Positions 1-10,185 of a stretch of 64,000 nt of DNA are shown here, piece after piece. This DNA is from Acutalibacteraceae bacterium (lineage in GTDB: Bacteria > Bacillota > Clostridia > Oscillospirales > Acutalibacteraceae), in NCBI GenBank assembly GCA_045532935.1, contig JAZSGW010000013.1, forward strand, positions 92,380 to 156,379. Reading direction: 5' to 3'. Position 1 is the stretch's first letter. Each line of letters begins with the position of its first letter. The position numbers and the translations under genes were made by a program. The notes beneath the pieces are model-generated. The model did not search any database and was not told the DNA's origin. It saw only the letters and a list, made by a program, of their open reading frames with translations.

Positions 1-42
1 TTCGTTTTACCGGTAGGGTAACAACAAAGGGTAAGAAATAAA

Positions 43-1236
43 ATGCGAATTGGTATTTTCGGTGGTACATTCAATCCACCACATCTCGGACACAAACATC
101 TTGCTGAAAGTCTGATGGAACAGGCAAATCTTGATAAAGTGATTGTTATTCCGACGGCAACTTCTCCCCATAAAAAGAGTACTGACCTCGCCACAGAAGA
201 GGAAAGGCTTCATATGTGCCGTCTTATGTTTGATGAAAGCTGCTACGATGTTAGTGATCTTGAGATTGCACGCGGCGGAAAAAGCTATACTGTTGATACT
301 GTAGCTGAACTTAAAAAGCTGTATCCTTATGATAGTCTTTTTCTTATAATAGGCTCTGATATGCTTTTATGCTTTCATAATTGGTACCGTTATGAGGAAA
401 TACTTAATAATGTTACGTTGTGCGTTGCAACAAGAGAAAATGAAGTTTCTGTAGACGAGCTTAGGACATATGCAAAAAATACTCTTAAGCTAAACGGTAA
501 TGAGATTATTTTTTCTTGTGTTGCTCCGTTTGAATGCTCCTCAACACAAGTGAGAAAGCTCATTAAAGAAGGTGACATAGCGGAAAAATATTTGGGTAAA
601 AGTGTGTCAGAATATCTGGCTGAAAAAAAGATTTATACTGATAATTACACACTGTGGAGAAAACTCCTGAAAGCCCGTCTTAAAGAAAAAAGATATATTC
701 ACTCGCTTAATGTTGCTGACAGTGCACTTGTTCTTGCTGAAAAATACGGCGGTGACAGAGAAAAGTCATATTTTGCGGGACTTGTTCATGATATAATGAA
801 AAACGCAACTAAAGAAGAACAGTTGCAAATTATGGAAAAAGGTGGTATAATCTTAAGCCGTACCGAAAAAAACAATCCTAAACTGTGGCATGCTATGGCT
901 GGTGAGGCCTTTCTCAGAACAGAGATGTGCATTACCGATGAGGAGATTCTTTCGGCAGTAAGGTATCACACAACGGGAAAAGCGGGTATGAGTCTGCTTG
1001 ATAAAATAGTTTATATAGCGGACTATATTTCTGCAGAAAGAAATTATCCTGATGTTGATGCGATGCGTGAACTTGCTACAACAAAGGGTCTTGACGAAGC
1101 AGCTTTGTATGCGCTTAAGTATTCTTTTTCGTCACTTTCAAAGCAAGAAAGGCTCATTCATACTGATAGTGTTGAGTATTACAATGAGCTTATCATAAAT
1201 AAAACAGAAAAGGAGATAAAGGATGACCGATCTTGA
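43..1236 (+). CDS. nadD: NadD nicotinate-nucleotide adenylyltransferase fused to a YqeK-type HD phosphohydrolase
   Basis: The N-terminus GIFGGTFNPPHLGH is the nucleotidyltransferase HxGH motif. The C-terminal half has HD-domain signatures (RYIHSLNVA, GLVHDIMK, RYHTTG) typical of YqeK. It is one uninterrupted 397-aa ORF in the conserved nadD-yqeK-rsfS context. Confidence 0.85.
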   Translation: MRIGIFGGTFNPPHLGHKHLAESLMEQANLDKVIVIPTATSPHKKSTDLATEEERLHMCRLMFDESCYDVSDLEIARGGKSYTVDTVAELKKLYPYDSLFLIIGSDMLLCFHNWYRYEEILNNVTLCVATRENEVSVDELRTYAKNTLKLNGNEIIFSCVAPFECSSTQVRKLIKEGDIAEKYLGKSVSEYLAEKKIYTDNYTLWRKLLKARLKEKRYIHSLNVADSALVLAEKYGGDREKSYFAGLVHDIMKNATKEEQLQIMEKGGIILSRTEKNNPKLWHAMAGEAFLRTEMCITDEEILSAVRYHTTGKAGMSLLDKIVYIADYISAERNYPDVDAMRELATTKGLDEAALYALKYSFSSLSKQERLIHTDSVEYYNELIINKTEKEIKDDRS

Positions 1237-1579
1237 AGTTTTAAAGGAAATTGTCAGAGTTCTTGATAAAAAGAAGGCACGTGACATCAAAGCTATTGAA
1301 ATCACCGAGCATTCAATCGTTGCAGATTACTTTATTATATGTTCAGGTACATCAAACACTCACGTCAAATCACTTGCCGATGAGGTTGAGTATGAGCTTA
1401 AGGAAAAGGGAGTAAGCCCTTATCATGTTGAAGGTAAGGCAACAGGTTGGATTCTTCTTGATTACAACAGTATTCTCGTTCACGTTTTCACAGGCGAGAC
1501 AAGAGAGTATTATAATCTTGAAAGACTCTGGCAAGATGCAAGAGAAATTGATATTTCCGATACAATAACGGAAGATTAA
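1223..1579 (+). CDS. rsfS: Ribosome silencing factor RsfS (Iojap family)
   Basis: 118 aa with the ADYFIICSGTSNTHVKSLADEV core. It overlaps the nadD-yqeK stop by 14 nt, the classic gene order. Confidence 0.9.
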   Translation: MTDLEVLKEIVRVLDKKKARDIKAIEITEHSIVADYFIICSGTSNTHVKSLADEVEYELKEKGVSPYHVEGKATGWILLDYNSILVHVFTGETREYYNLERLWQDAREIDISDTITED

Positions 1580-1599
1580 AATGTAATTTATAAAACGGA

Positions 1600-4017
1600 G
1601 TGATAAGTTTGTATTACGATTTTAAAAAAGCAGAAAAAAAGTGGCAGGACAACTGGGAAAAAGCAGGTGTTTTCCACGCACAGGACAATTCCGATAAGAA
1701 AAAATTCTACGCTCTTGTAGAATTCCCTTATCCCAGCGGTGCAGGTATGCACGTTGGTCATATTAAGGCTTATTCAGGTCTTGAGGTCGTTTCACGTAAG
1801 AGAAGAATGGAAGGCTACAATGTGCTTTTCCCCATCGGCTTCGACGCTTACGGTCTTCCTACTGAAAACTATGCAATCAAAACAGGTATCCACCCTAGAA
1901 AGGTTACCGATGCAAACATCGAAAAGTTCACCTCACAGCTTAAGAGAGTAGGCTTCTCCTTCGACTGGAACAGAGTCGTTGATACTACTGAAGAGGGCTA
2001 TTACAAGTGGACGCAGTGGATTTTCCTCAAGATGTTCGAAAACGGTCTTGCCTTCAGAGATAAGACTCTCGTTAACTATTGTCCTTCTTGTAAGGTTGTT
2101 CTTTCGAATGAGGACTCACAGGGCGGTAAGTGTGACATTTGCCACAGTGATATTGTACAGAAGTCAAAGGACGTATGGTATCTTCGCATCACCGAGTACG
2201 CTGACAAGCTCCTTGAAGGCCTTAAAGAGGTAGACTACCTTCCTAATGTAAAGCTTCAGCAGGAAAACTGGATCGGCAAGTCAACGGGTGCTTTCGTAAA
2301 CTTTGATGTTAAGAATACAGACGAAACTCTTCGTATTTACACAACACGTCCTGATACACTTTTCGGTGTAACATTTATGGTTATGGCACCGGAGCATCCT
2401 ATGCTTGATAAGTATAAGGATATGATTACAAACTTTGATGCAGTTGAAAACTACAGAAGTGAGTGTGCAAAGAAGACAGAGTTTGAGCGTACACAGCTTG
2501 TCAAAGATAAGACAGGTGTAAAGCTTGACGGTTTCGTAGCTATTAATCCCGTAAACGGTAAAGAAATCCCCATTTTCATTTCTGACTATGTTATGATGGG
2601 TTACGGTACCGGTGCGATTATGGCTGTTCCCGCACATGACCAGCGTGACTATGATTTCGCTAAAGAATTCGGTATTGACATCATTGAGGTTATCAAGGGT
2701 GGCGACATCTCTGTAGAAGCATATACCGGTGACGGTGAGATGGTTAACTCCGATTATCTTAACGGATATAAGGACAAGAAATCTTCAATCGCAAGAGTTC
2801 TCGAAGAGCTTGAAAAGAAGGGTATCGGTGAGCGTGGCGTTCAGTATAAGATGAAGGATTGGGCATTCAACCGTCAGCGCTATTGGGGTGAACCTATTCC
2901 TATTGTACACTGTGAAAAGTGCGGTATGGTTGCTGTTCCTTATGAGGAGCTTCCTTTAAGACTTCCCGTGGTTGGGAATTTTGAACCCGGTCAGGACGGT
3001 GAAAGCCCTCTCGCAAAGATCGATGATTTCGTAAACTGTACTTGTCCCAAGTGCGGTGCTGCTGCAAAGAGAGAAACAGATACAATGCCCCAGTGGGCAG
3101 GTTCTTCCTGGTACTTCCTTCGTTATATAGATCCTCACAATGATAACGAGCTTGCTAATATGGAAAAGCTTAATTATTGGATGCCTGTTGACTGGTACAA
3201 CGGTGGTATGGAGCACGTTACCCGTCACCTTATTTACTCACGTTTCTGGCATAAGTTCCTTTATGACATTGGTGCTGTTCCTTGCGAAGAGCCATATGCA
3301 AAGAGAACGGCTCAGGGTCTTATCCTCGGTCCTGACGGTGTAAAAATGAGTAAATCACGAGGCAATGTTATTGATCCCAACGAGGTAGTTGATGTTTACG
3401 GTGCCGATGTTCTTCGTACTTATGTACTCTTTATGGGTGACTACGAGCAGGCGGCTCCCTGGTCAGAAAGTTCTGTTAAGGGTTGTAAGCGTTTCGTAGA
3501 CAGAATCTGGAATCTTCAGGAGATTCTTGTTGACGGCGACGAGTTCTCCAAGGAGCTTTCCTCCTCATTCCATAAGACAATAAAGAAGGTAACAGAAGAT
3601 ATTGAAGCTCTTAAATACAATACTGCTATTGCTGCGCTTATGACCTTGCTTAATGCAATTTATGCCAAGGGTTCTATCAATAAGGCAGAGCTTAAGGCAC
3701 TTCTTCTTCTTGTTAATCCTTTCGCTCCTCACGTGACAGAGGAAATTAACGAGCTTGTATTTGCAGGTAGTGAATTGCTTGCTATTACTGAATGGCCTGG
3801 TTTTGATGAAGCAAAATGCATTGATGATGAAATTGAAATTGTTGTACAGCTTAACGGTAAGGTAAGAGCAAAAATGAATGTTCCTGCTGACGTTGAACAG
3901 GCTGATGCGATCGCTATGGCGAAAGCTGATGAAAAGATTTCTGCAGAAATTGCAGGAAAAACTATCGTAAAAGAGCTTTACGTTAAGGGCAGACTTGTAA
4001 ATATTGTCGTAAAATAA
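1600..4017 (+). CDS. leuS: Leucyl-tRNA synthetase
   Basis: 805 aa with a GTG start. It has the class I HIGH-type motif (GMHVGH) and the KMSKS motif (VKMSKSRGN), plus a Zn-type CxxC pair in the editing/CP region. Confidence 0.97.
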   Translation: MISLYYDFKKAEKKWQDNWEKAGVFHAQDNSDKKKFYALVEFPYPSGAGMHVGHIKAYSGLEVVSRKRRMEGYNVLFPIGFDAYGLPTENYAIKTGIHPRKVTDANIEKFTSQLKRVGFSFDWNRVVDTTEEGYYKWTQWIFLKMFENGLAFRDKTLVNYCPSCKVVLSNEDSQGGKCDICHSDIVQKSKDVWYLRITEYADKLLEGLKEVDYLPNVKLQQENWIGKSTGAFVNFDVKNTDETLRIYTTRPDTLFGVTFMVMAPEHPMLDKYKDMITNFDAVENYRSECAKKTEFERTQLVKDKTGVKLDGFVAINPVNGKEIPIFISDYVMMGYGTGAIMAVPAHDQRDYDFAKEFGIDIIEVIKGGDISVEAYTGDGEMVNSDYLNGYKDKKSSIARVLEELEKKGIGERGVQYKMKDWAFNRQRYWGEPIPIVHCEKCGMVAVPYEELPLRLPVVGNFEPGQDGESPLAKIDDFVNCTCPKCGAAAKRETDTMPQWAGSSWYFLRYIDPHNDNELANMEKLNYWMPVDWYNGGMEHVTRHLIYSRFWHKFLYDIGAVPCEEPYAKRTAQGLILGPDGVKMSKSRGNVIDPNEVVDVYGADVLRTYVLFMGDYEQAAPWSESSVKGCKRFVDRIWNLQEILVDGDEFSKELSSSFHKTIKKVTEDIEALKYNTAIAALMTLLNAIYAKGSINKAELKALLLLVNPFAPHVTEEINELVFAGSELLAITEWPGFDEAKCIDDEIEIVVQLNGKVRAKMNVPADVEQADAIAMAKADEKISAEIAGKTIVKELYVKGRLVNIVVK

Positions 4018-4038
4018 GAAAAATACTTATTTTAACTC

Positions 4039-4067
4039 TTGACAAGCGGAGTTTATTGATGTATAAT
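4039..4067 (+). promoter_or_regulatory. Sigma-A type promoter for rpsU
   Basis: TTGACA (4039-4044), 17-nt spacer, TATAAT (4062-4067), about 58 nt upstream of the rpsU ATG. Confidence 0.7.
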
Positions 4068-4125
4068 ATCTCGTGAATCCGTTTGGAAATATACCCCTGC
4101 TAACAGGTAAGGGAGGGAAATATAA

Positions 4126-4302
4126 ATGAGTCAGGTAAAAGTTAAAGAGAACGAGTCACTCGACAGCGCTCTCAGACGTTTTAAGAGACAGACTTCACGT
4201 GATGGCATCATCCAGGAGGTTCGTAAAAGAGAACACTACGAAAAGCCGTCAGTAGCTAGAAAAAAGAAGTCTGAGGCTGCTCGTAAGCGTAAATTCAAGT
4301 AA
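4126..4302 (+). CDS. rpsU: 30S ribosomal protein S21
   Basis: 58-aa ORF, too short for the ORF track: [67 protein letters not shown] 8 nt upstream. Confidence 0.95.
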   Translation: MSQVKVKENESLDSALRRFKRQTSRDGIIQEVRKREHYEKPSVARKKKSEAARKRKFK

Positions 4303-4311
4303 TTTTCAAAA

Positions 4312-4342
4312 ATCACCCAAGGACTTCCATGGGTGATTTTTA
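4312..4342 (+). terminator. Intrinsic terminator after rpsU
   Basis: Stem ATCACCCA/TGGGTGAT followed by TTTTT. Confidence 0.8.
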
Positions 4343-4377
4343 TCTTATACAAGAAAAGCATTAAGGAGTAGAGAATT

Positions 4378-5442
4378 ATGGTTGAACAATTAAAGGGCTT
4401 TTTAAAAAAAGGTGAAGCTGCACTTATAATGAGTGAAGAAAACATTTCTTACTTCACAGCCTTCCATTCTTCAAACGGTTATCTTATAGTAACACAGGAT
4501 AAGTCGTATTTTCTGACCGATTCGAGATATATTGAAGCGGCACAGGAAAAAATTAAAACTGTTGATGTGATTCTGCTTCTTAAGTCAATGAAAGATGATT
4601 TGTATTATCTTATTGATAAGCTTAAAATAAAAAAGCTCCATATTGAAAGCAGCAGAATTTCAGTCGGGAAGTATCAGTCTATCAAGAAATCTACAGTTTC
4701 AAAGCAGGAAATTATTTGCGATGGAAAACTTGATGAGGCCATTGATGCTATCAGAATAAAGAAGAACGAAATGCAGAAGAATAAAATTATAACGGCACAG
4801 AGAATTGCTGAAAAAGCATTCGAATATATTCTTTCTTTCATTTCCACGGAAAAGACAGAAAAAGAAATTGCTCTTGAGCTTGATTATTTTATGCTGAAAA
4901 ACGGCGCTGATGCTTTATCTTTTGAAACTATAGCTGTGAGCGGTAAAAACAGCTCTATGCCTCACGGTGTACCTTCCGATAAAAAGATTGAGTCGGGGGA
5001 TTTTATCACAATGGATTTTGGTGCTGTTGTTGATTTTTATCACAGCGATATGACGAGAACTGTTGCTGTAGGTGAGGTTTCATCTAAACAGATTGAGGTG
5101 TATGAAACCGTACTTGATGCACAGCTTAAGTCTGTTTCTGCAATAAAAGCAGGCGCTGTTTGTAAAGATGTCGATAATATCGCAAGAGGTATTATTGCTT
5201 CAAAAGGATATGCAGAATATTTTGGTCATGGACTCGGTCACGGTGTCGGTGTAGAAATACACGAAGCGCCGTCTTTGAATCCTACGTCAGAATATGTTCT
5301 TCGGGAGGGTAACATTGTTACCGTTGAGCCCGGAATATATCTTCCGGGTGAGTTCGGTGTAAGAATCGAAGATATGGGTGCAGTTACTGAAAGTGGATTC
5401 GATAACTTCACATTAAGCGAAAAAAAGCTTATTGTACTTTAA
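4378..5442 (+). CDS. M24-family Xaa-Pro aminopeptidase
   Basis: 354 aa with a creatinase-like N-domain and the M24 metal-ligand motifs (DFGAVVDFYHSDMTRT, HGLGHGVGVEIHEAP, VEPG, IED). Confidence 0.85.
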   Translation: MVEQLKGFLKKGEAALIMSEENISYFTAFHSSNGYLIVTQDKSYFLTDSRYIEAAQEKIKTVDVILLLKSMKDDLYYLIDKLKIKKLHIESSRISVGKYQSIKKSTVSKQEIICDGKLDEAIDAIRIKKNEMQKNKIITAQRIAEKAFEYILSFISTEKTEKEIALELDYFMLKNGADALSFETIAVSGKNSSMPHGVPSDKKIESGDFITMDFGAVVDFYHSDMTRTVAVGEVSSKQIEVYETVLDAQLKSVSAIKAGAVCKDVDNIARGIIASKGYAEYFGHGLGHGVGVEIHEAPSLNPTSEYVLREGNIVTVEPGIYLPGEFGVRIEDMGAVTESGFDNFTLSEKKLIVL

Positions 5443-5466
5443 TTTTTTTGAAAAGGAAGTGCCTTT

Positions 5467-6714
5467 ATGACACTTTATGAGAATAAACAAGAACAGGAAA
5501 AAGCATTACTTGTTAGCGTTGATACAGGAGATTTTGATGCTGAAGTATCTATAGACGAGCTTGCGGAGCTTGCAGATACAGCAGGTGCTCTTGTGGTAGG
5601 TAAGGTTATACAGAAAAGGGAAGCTCCTGAAAAGGCGACATTCGTAGGTGTAGGAAAGCTTGCAGAAATTATCGCATTCTGCCACAATGAAAAGGTCGAT
5701 CTTATCATAATAGACAGTGAGCTTTCACCTTCACAGCAGCGTAATCTCGAAAAGCTTACAAATGTCAGAGTTATAGACCGCACGATGCTTATTCTTGACA
5801 TATTTGCTATGCGTGCAAGGACGGCTGAAGGTAAGCTTCAGGTTGAGCTTGCACAGCTACGCTATCAGCTTCCGCGGCTTGCAGGGCAGGGTACCGCTCT
5901 TTCCAGATTGGGTGGCGGTATAGGTACAAGAGGTCCCGGTGAGACTAAGCTTGAAAGTGATAAGCGACACATAAGAAGAAGGATTCAGAAGCTGGAAGAA
6001 GAGCTTGAAGCCCTTGAGAAGCGCCGTAGTCAGATGAGAAAACGTCGTGAAAAGGACGGCGTTCAGACTGTTGCTATAGTCGGATATACAAATGCAGGCA
6101 AATCTACACTTATGAATGCGCTTACAGATGCAGGTGTACTTGCACAGAATAAGCTTTTTGCAACCCTTGATCCTACATCCAGAGCTTTGATTCTCCCTGA
6201 CGGAAGACAGGTTATGCTTGTTGACACAGTTGGTTTGATAAGAAGACTTCCTCACAAGCTCGTCGAAGCTTTTAAGTCTACACTTGAAGAGGCAGCTGCA
6301 GCAACTGTTATTCTTAATGTGTGCGATGCTTCAGACGAATATGCTGCCGAGCATCTTGAAGTAACAAAGGGACTTCTTAAGGAGCTTGGTTGCGAAAACA
6401 AGCCGGTTATTTCCGTTATGAACAAGTGCGATCTTGTAGGCGATGTGTATTCAATGCCTACTTTCGGCAAAACTGTTATGATTTCTGCTTTGAATAAGCG
6501 TGGATTTGACGAGCTTCTCGATGCAATCCTTAAGGAACTGCCTCCAACAAGAAAAGAGGCAGAGTTTATGATTCCGTTTTCAGCGGGCGCTTTTGCTGCA
6601 AGAATAAGAAAAGAGGGCGTTGTTCACGAAGAGGAATACCGGGCAGAGGGACTTTATATGAGAGCAACGGTTGACATTATTCTTCTTGAAGAGGGACAGA
6701 GCTTTCTACTGTAA
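5467..6714 (+). CDS. hflX: GTPase HflX
   Basis: 415 aa with the HflX N-domain, G1 GYTNAGKST, DTVG and NKCD motifs. Confidence 0.93.
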   Translation: MTLYENKQEQEKALLVSVDTGDFDAEVSIDELAELADTAGALVVGKVIQKREAPEKATFVGVGKLAEIIAFCHNEKVDLIIIDSELSPSQQRNLEKLTNVRVIDRTMLILDIFAMRARTAEGKLQVELAQLRYQLPRLAGQGTALSRLGGGIGTRGPGETKLESDKRHIRRRIQKLEEELEALEKRRSQMRKRREKDGVQTVAIVGYTNAGKSTLMNALTDAGVLAQNKLFATLDPTSRALILPDGRQVMLVDTVGLIRRLPHKLVEAFKSTLEEAAAATVILNVCDASDEYAAEHLEVTKGLLKELGCENKPVISVMNKCDLVGDVYSMPTFGKTVMISALNKRGFDELLDAILKELPPTRKEAEFMIPFSAGAFAARIRKEGVVHEEEYRAEGLYMRATVDIILLEEGQSFLL

Positions 6715-7207
6715 TATCAAGCTTGATTTCGGGTGAAAATCCGTGCATGAAGCCCCCAAGTTCTATCGAACATATATCACCGCCTATGATTTTTCCGTTG
6801 CAGGTAAGAAGATTACCTCTTATAACACCGTCGGAATTTTCGTAACCGGGATAGTTGAGGATCTCATAGCTCCAGGATTTTACCCGTGTGCCGCAATATT
6901 TTTCAAGATTAAAATTTTGTTTTTTTTGCAGTTCGTTATACTGCTTATAGCTTTCGTTAAATTCTGTCGGAATAACTGTTTCCTTTACTTCAAGCGGATC
7001 TTCTGCGATTTCCCAACCAAAATGATTGAAGAAGGCTTTACGCTCATCGTTAGTTTCAGCATTCAGAGATACGTCAGAAAAGGAACCTACAGAAACGCTT
7101 CTTTCTGACATTACGGAAATGGTTCCGCCTATAATCGCCAAAGCGACTGCAAAGGCTGAAAAAGCGAATTTTTTAATCATAGTTGATTTCACGGAAACAA
7201 TAAACAT
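6677..7207 (-). CDS. DUF4830-like membrane-anchored protein
   Basis: 176 aa with an N-terminal TM/signal anchor. FFNHFGWEI...ESYKQYNELQKKQNFNLEKYCG resembles the DUF4830 family as I remember it. GAGGT SD upstream. Confidence 0.6.
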   Translation of the reverse strand: MFIVSVKSTMIKKFAFSAFAVALAIIGGTISVMSERSVSVGSFSDVSLNAETNDERKAFFNHFGWEIAEDPLEVKETVIPTEFNESYKQYNELQKKQNFNLEKYCGTRVKSWSYEILNYPGYENSDGVIRGNLLTCNGKIIGGDICSIELGGFMHGFSPEIKLDITVESSVPLQEE

Positions 7208-7295
7208 GCTACATACCTCAATTTTGTTTTTTTGTAAAATATATGCCGCATATTAAAAGATAAGAACATTAGATTTCATTACACAGAGGTGAGTT

Positions 7296-9164
7296 ATGGA
7301 TTATATCCCATACAATTCCAGAAATACTATACATAAAAGCAAATTCGGCGCCTTGAAGCAAGGTGAACATATTGTTTTTAAAGTTATTTTGCCCCGCAAT
7401 ATCGGTTGTACAGGGGTTGATTTAGTTATACGAAGCGATAAAGGTGAAAATATATATTATCCTATGTCCTGGCTTTCTATGGAGGGCGAAGATCAGGAAT
7501 GGTGGGCATTGGGATATACTGCGGGAGAGCCTGATATATATTTTTATCATTTCGAATATAATACCCCTTGGGGAAGAACAAAAATTATGCACGACGGAAG
7601 TTGCCTGGGTTCGCTTTCTTCGGGAACAAATTCGTGGCAGTTGACTGTGTATTCGAGAGATTTTATCACCCCTGATTGGCTTAAAGGCGGAATTTTTTAT
7701 CAGATTTTTCCTGACAGGTTTTATAATTCAGGAAAGAAAAAGAAAAATGTTCCTGCCGACAGAGTGTTAAGAAATGATATTTATGGTGAGCCTGAATGGA
7801 GACCTACAAATGAGGGTAAGGTTCTTAATAATGATTATTTTTGCGGTGATCTCAAGGGTATAGAAGAAAAACTTCCTTATATATCAGAGCTTGGCGTTAC
7901 TTGTCTTTATCTTAATCCTATTTTTGAATCGCAGAGTAACCACAGATATGATACGTCGGACTACAGTAAAATAGACCCTCTTCTTGGTGATGAAAAAGAC
8001 TTTTCAAGCCTTTGTAAAAAGGCATCGGAATACGGAATTTCTGTAATTCTTGACGGTGTTTTCAGTCATACGGGTGACGATAGCGTTTACTTCAATAAAT
8101 ATGGAAGATACGGTAATTCAGGCGCATTTCGCTCGAAGGAATCGGAGTATTATGATTGGTACAAATTCGTAAATTATCCCAACGAGTATCGGTCCTGGTG
8201 GGGTATAAGCATTCTTCCTGAAATCAAAGAAGAATGTCCCTCATTTATTGAGTTTATCGCGAGTGAAAAGGGGATTGCTAGAAAGTGGTTGCGTCTTGGT
8301 GCCAGAGGTTGGAGACTTGATGTTGCAGACGAGCTTCCTGATGTTTTTCTCGATGCGTTCAGAAGTGCAGTAAAAGCTGAAAAACCTGATGCACTTGTTC
8401 TCGGTGAGGTTTGGGAAGATGCGTCGAATAAGTTCAGTTACGGAGAAAGACGGCGTTATTTTGGCGGTAAACAGCTTGATAGTGTTATGAATTATCCTTT
8501 CGCAGAGGCTATTATCAGTTTTATCAGAAGCGGTAAGGTTGAAGGCTTCTCTGATAAAATATTGACTATCCTTGAAAATTATCCTAAATGCTGCATTGAT
8601 GTGCTTATGAATCACATAGGAACGCATGATACAATGAGAGCAATAACGCATCTTGCCGGTGAGAGCTGTGAATACCGTGACAGACAGTGGCAAAGTGAGC
8701 ACTTTCTTTCAGATAAACAGTATGCTTTAGGTGTTAAACTTCTCAAGCTTGCTTCCGTAATTCAATTCACACTTCCGGGTGTACCCTGTATTTATTATGG
8801 CGATGAAGCAGGTATGGAAGGATATAAGGATCCATTTAACAGGAAGTTTTATCCATGGGAAAATGAGAACGACGAGCTTCTTGCTCATTATAAGGCTTTG
8901 GGAAAAATGAGGAAAAATTGCAGTTGTCTCAAAGACGGTGAGTATCGCACCGTGTCAGAAATGCTTGGTTGTCTTGCTTTTTGCAGAGAAAATGATGATG
9001 ACGAAATTATGGTAATAGTCAATCGTAATGAGCATCAGATTGATTATTATCTGCCCTGGGAATGGCATAATGCTAAAGCTGTTTTCGGTTCAGATATGCA
9101 GGGACAAAAGGTTTGTATTGATGCACTTGGTGCTATAGTTTTAAAAAAGGAGAAGAAAAAATGA
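7296..9164 (+). CDS. GH13 alpha-amylase-family enzyme (neopullulanase/cyclomaltodextrinase-like)
   Basis: The four GH13 conserved regions are present: DGVFSHT, GWRLDVADE, EVWED, MNHIGTHD. There is no signal peptide, so it is probably intracellular. Confidence 0.88.
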   Translation: MDYIPYNSRNTIHKSKFGALKQGEHIVFKVILPRNIGCTGVDLVIRSDKGENIYYPMSWLSMEGEDQEWWALGYTAGEPDIYFYHFEYNTPWGRTKIMHDGSCLGSLSSGTNSWQLTVYSRDFITPDWLKGGIFYQIFPDRFYNSGKKKKNVPADRVLRNDIYGEPEWRPTNEGKVLNNDYFCGDLKGIEEKLPYISELGVTCLYLNPIFESQSNHRYDTSDYSKIDPLLGDEKDFSSLCKKASEYGISVILDGVFSHTGDDSVYFNKYGRYGNSGAFRSKESEYYDWYKFVNYPNEYRSWWGISILPEIKEECPSFIEFIASEKGIARKWLRLGARGWRLDVADELPDVFLDAFRSAVKAEKPDALVLGEVWEDASNKFSYGERRRYFGGKQLDSVMNYPFAEAIISFIRSGKVEGFSDKILTILENYPKCCIDVLMNHIGTHDTMRAITHLAGESCEYRDRQWQSEHFLSDKQYALGVKLLKLASVIQFTLPGVPCIYYGDEAGMEGYKDPFNRKFYPWENENDELLAHYKALGKMRKNCSCLKDGEYRTVSEMLGCLAFCRENDDDEIMVIVNRNEHQIDYYLPWEWHNAKAVFGSDMQGQKVCIDALGAIVLKKEKKK

Positions 9165-10093
9165 GTAACTGGATTGAAGTGAAAATCAGCGTAAATGCCG
9201 AAGATGTTGACCGAGCAGGGGACATAGCATCTATGGTTGTACCTTACGGTATTTATATTGAAGATTACCGTGATCTTGAAAAAGAAGCCTGGGAGATTGC
9301 TCACATTGATCTTATTGACGAGGATCTCCTCAAAAAAGACAGGACAAAAGCTATTGTACACGTTTATATTTCACCTGAAGAAAATCCGAATGAAGCTGTT
9401 GCCTTCCTGCGTGAAAGATATTCAGCTGAAGGTATCAAGAGTGAAATAATCCTCAATCAATGTAAAAATGAAGATTGGGAGAATAACTGGAAACAGTATT
9501 TTCATCCTATTCCTATTGGTGAAAAGCTTCTTATAAGACCTACCTGGGAAGACGAATTTGAAGCCGGAGACAGAAAAGTGCTCAATATTGAGCCGGGACT
9601 TGCTTTTGGCACCGGTACTCATGAAACCACAAGACTTTGTCTTGAGACTCTTGAAAAACACATTTCTGAAGACAAGTCGGTGCTTGACATCGGTTGTGGC
9701 AGCGGTATTCTTTCTATTGCTTCGCTTCTTCTTGGTGCAGAAAAGGCGGTTGGTGTTGATATAGATGCGCTCGCTGTTAAAACAGCTATAGAAAACGGCG
9801 AGGTCAACAACTTACATCAGCCGGAATACACCGTTTTGCAGGGAAATCTTACTGATAAAGTCAGCGGTAAATTTGATATTGTTGTAGCTAATATTGTAGC
9901 AGATGTAATTATAATGTTCTGTAAAGATGTTGCATCTTTTATGAAAGACGACGCTTTATTTATAACGTCAGGTATTATCGATACCCGCGAGCAGGACGTT
10001 ATTGATGCTTTCAAGAAATATGGCTTTGAAATTAAAGCACGCCACACAAAGAATGGTTGGGTCTGCTTTGAGTGTGTTAAGGGCAACGTGTAG
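9161..10093 (+). CDS. prmA: Ribosomal protein L11 methyltransferase
   Basis: 310 aa with the PrmA N-domain and the SAM motif LDIGCGSGILSI. The start overlaps the GH13 stop (ATGA). Confidence 0.9.
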   Translation: MSNWIEVKISVNAEDVDRAGDIASMVVPYGIYIEDYRDLEKEAWEIAHIDLIDEDLLKKDRTKAIVHVYISPEENPNEAVAFLRERYSAEGIKSEIILNQCKNEDWENNWKQYFHPIPIGEKLLIRPTWEDEFEAGDRKVLNIEPGLAFGTGTHETTRLCLETLEKHISEDKSVLDIGCGSGILSIASLLLGAEKAVGVDIDALAVKTAIENGEVNNLHQPEYTVLQGNLTDKVSGKFDIVVANIVADVIIMFCKDVASFMKDDALFITSGIIDTREQDVIDAFKKYGFEIKARHTKNGWVCFECVKGNV

Positions 10094-10128
10094 TGATAAA
10101 GATTTAATAAATAATTATTCATAAAAAA

Positions 10129-10185
10129 ACAGATTCCTTTTACCGGTTGTAAAAATTCAACGGTGTGAGGAATCTGTTATTATTT
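10129..10185. terminator. Bidirectional terminator between convergent prmA and the hydrolase gene
   Basis: 10-bp stem ACAGATTCCT/AGGAATCTGT with an inner helix, flanked by an A-run upstream and a T-rich tract downstream. Confidence 0.65.

Noticed and set aside
1580-1599. I looked for a T-box or leader upstream of leuS, and for a T-box or attenuator upstream of ilvB (25238-25286).
   Set aside because: The spacers are only about 20 nt and about 45 nt. They contain no specifier or T-box sequence and no terminator.
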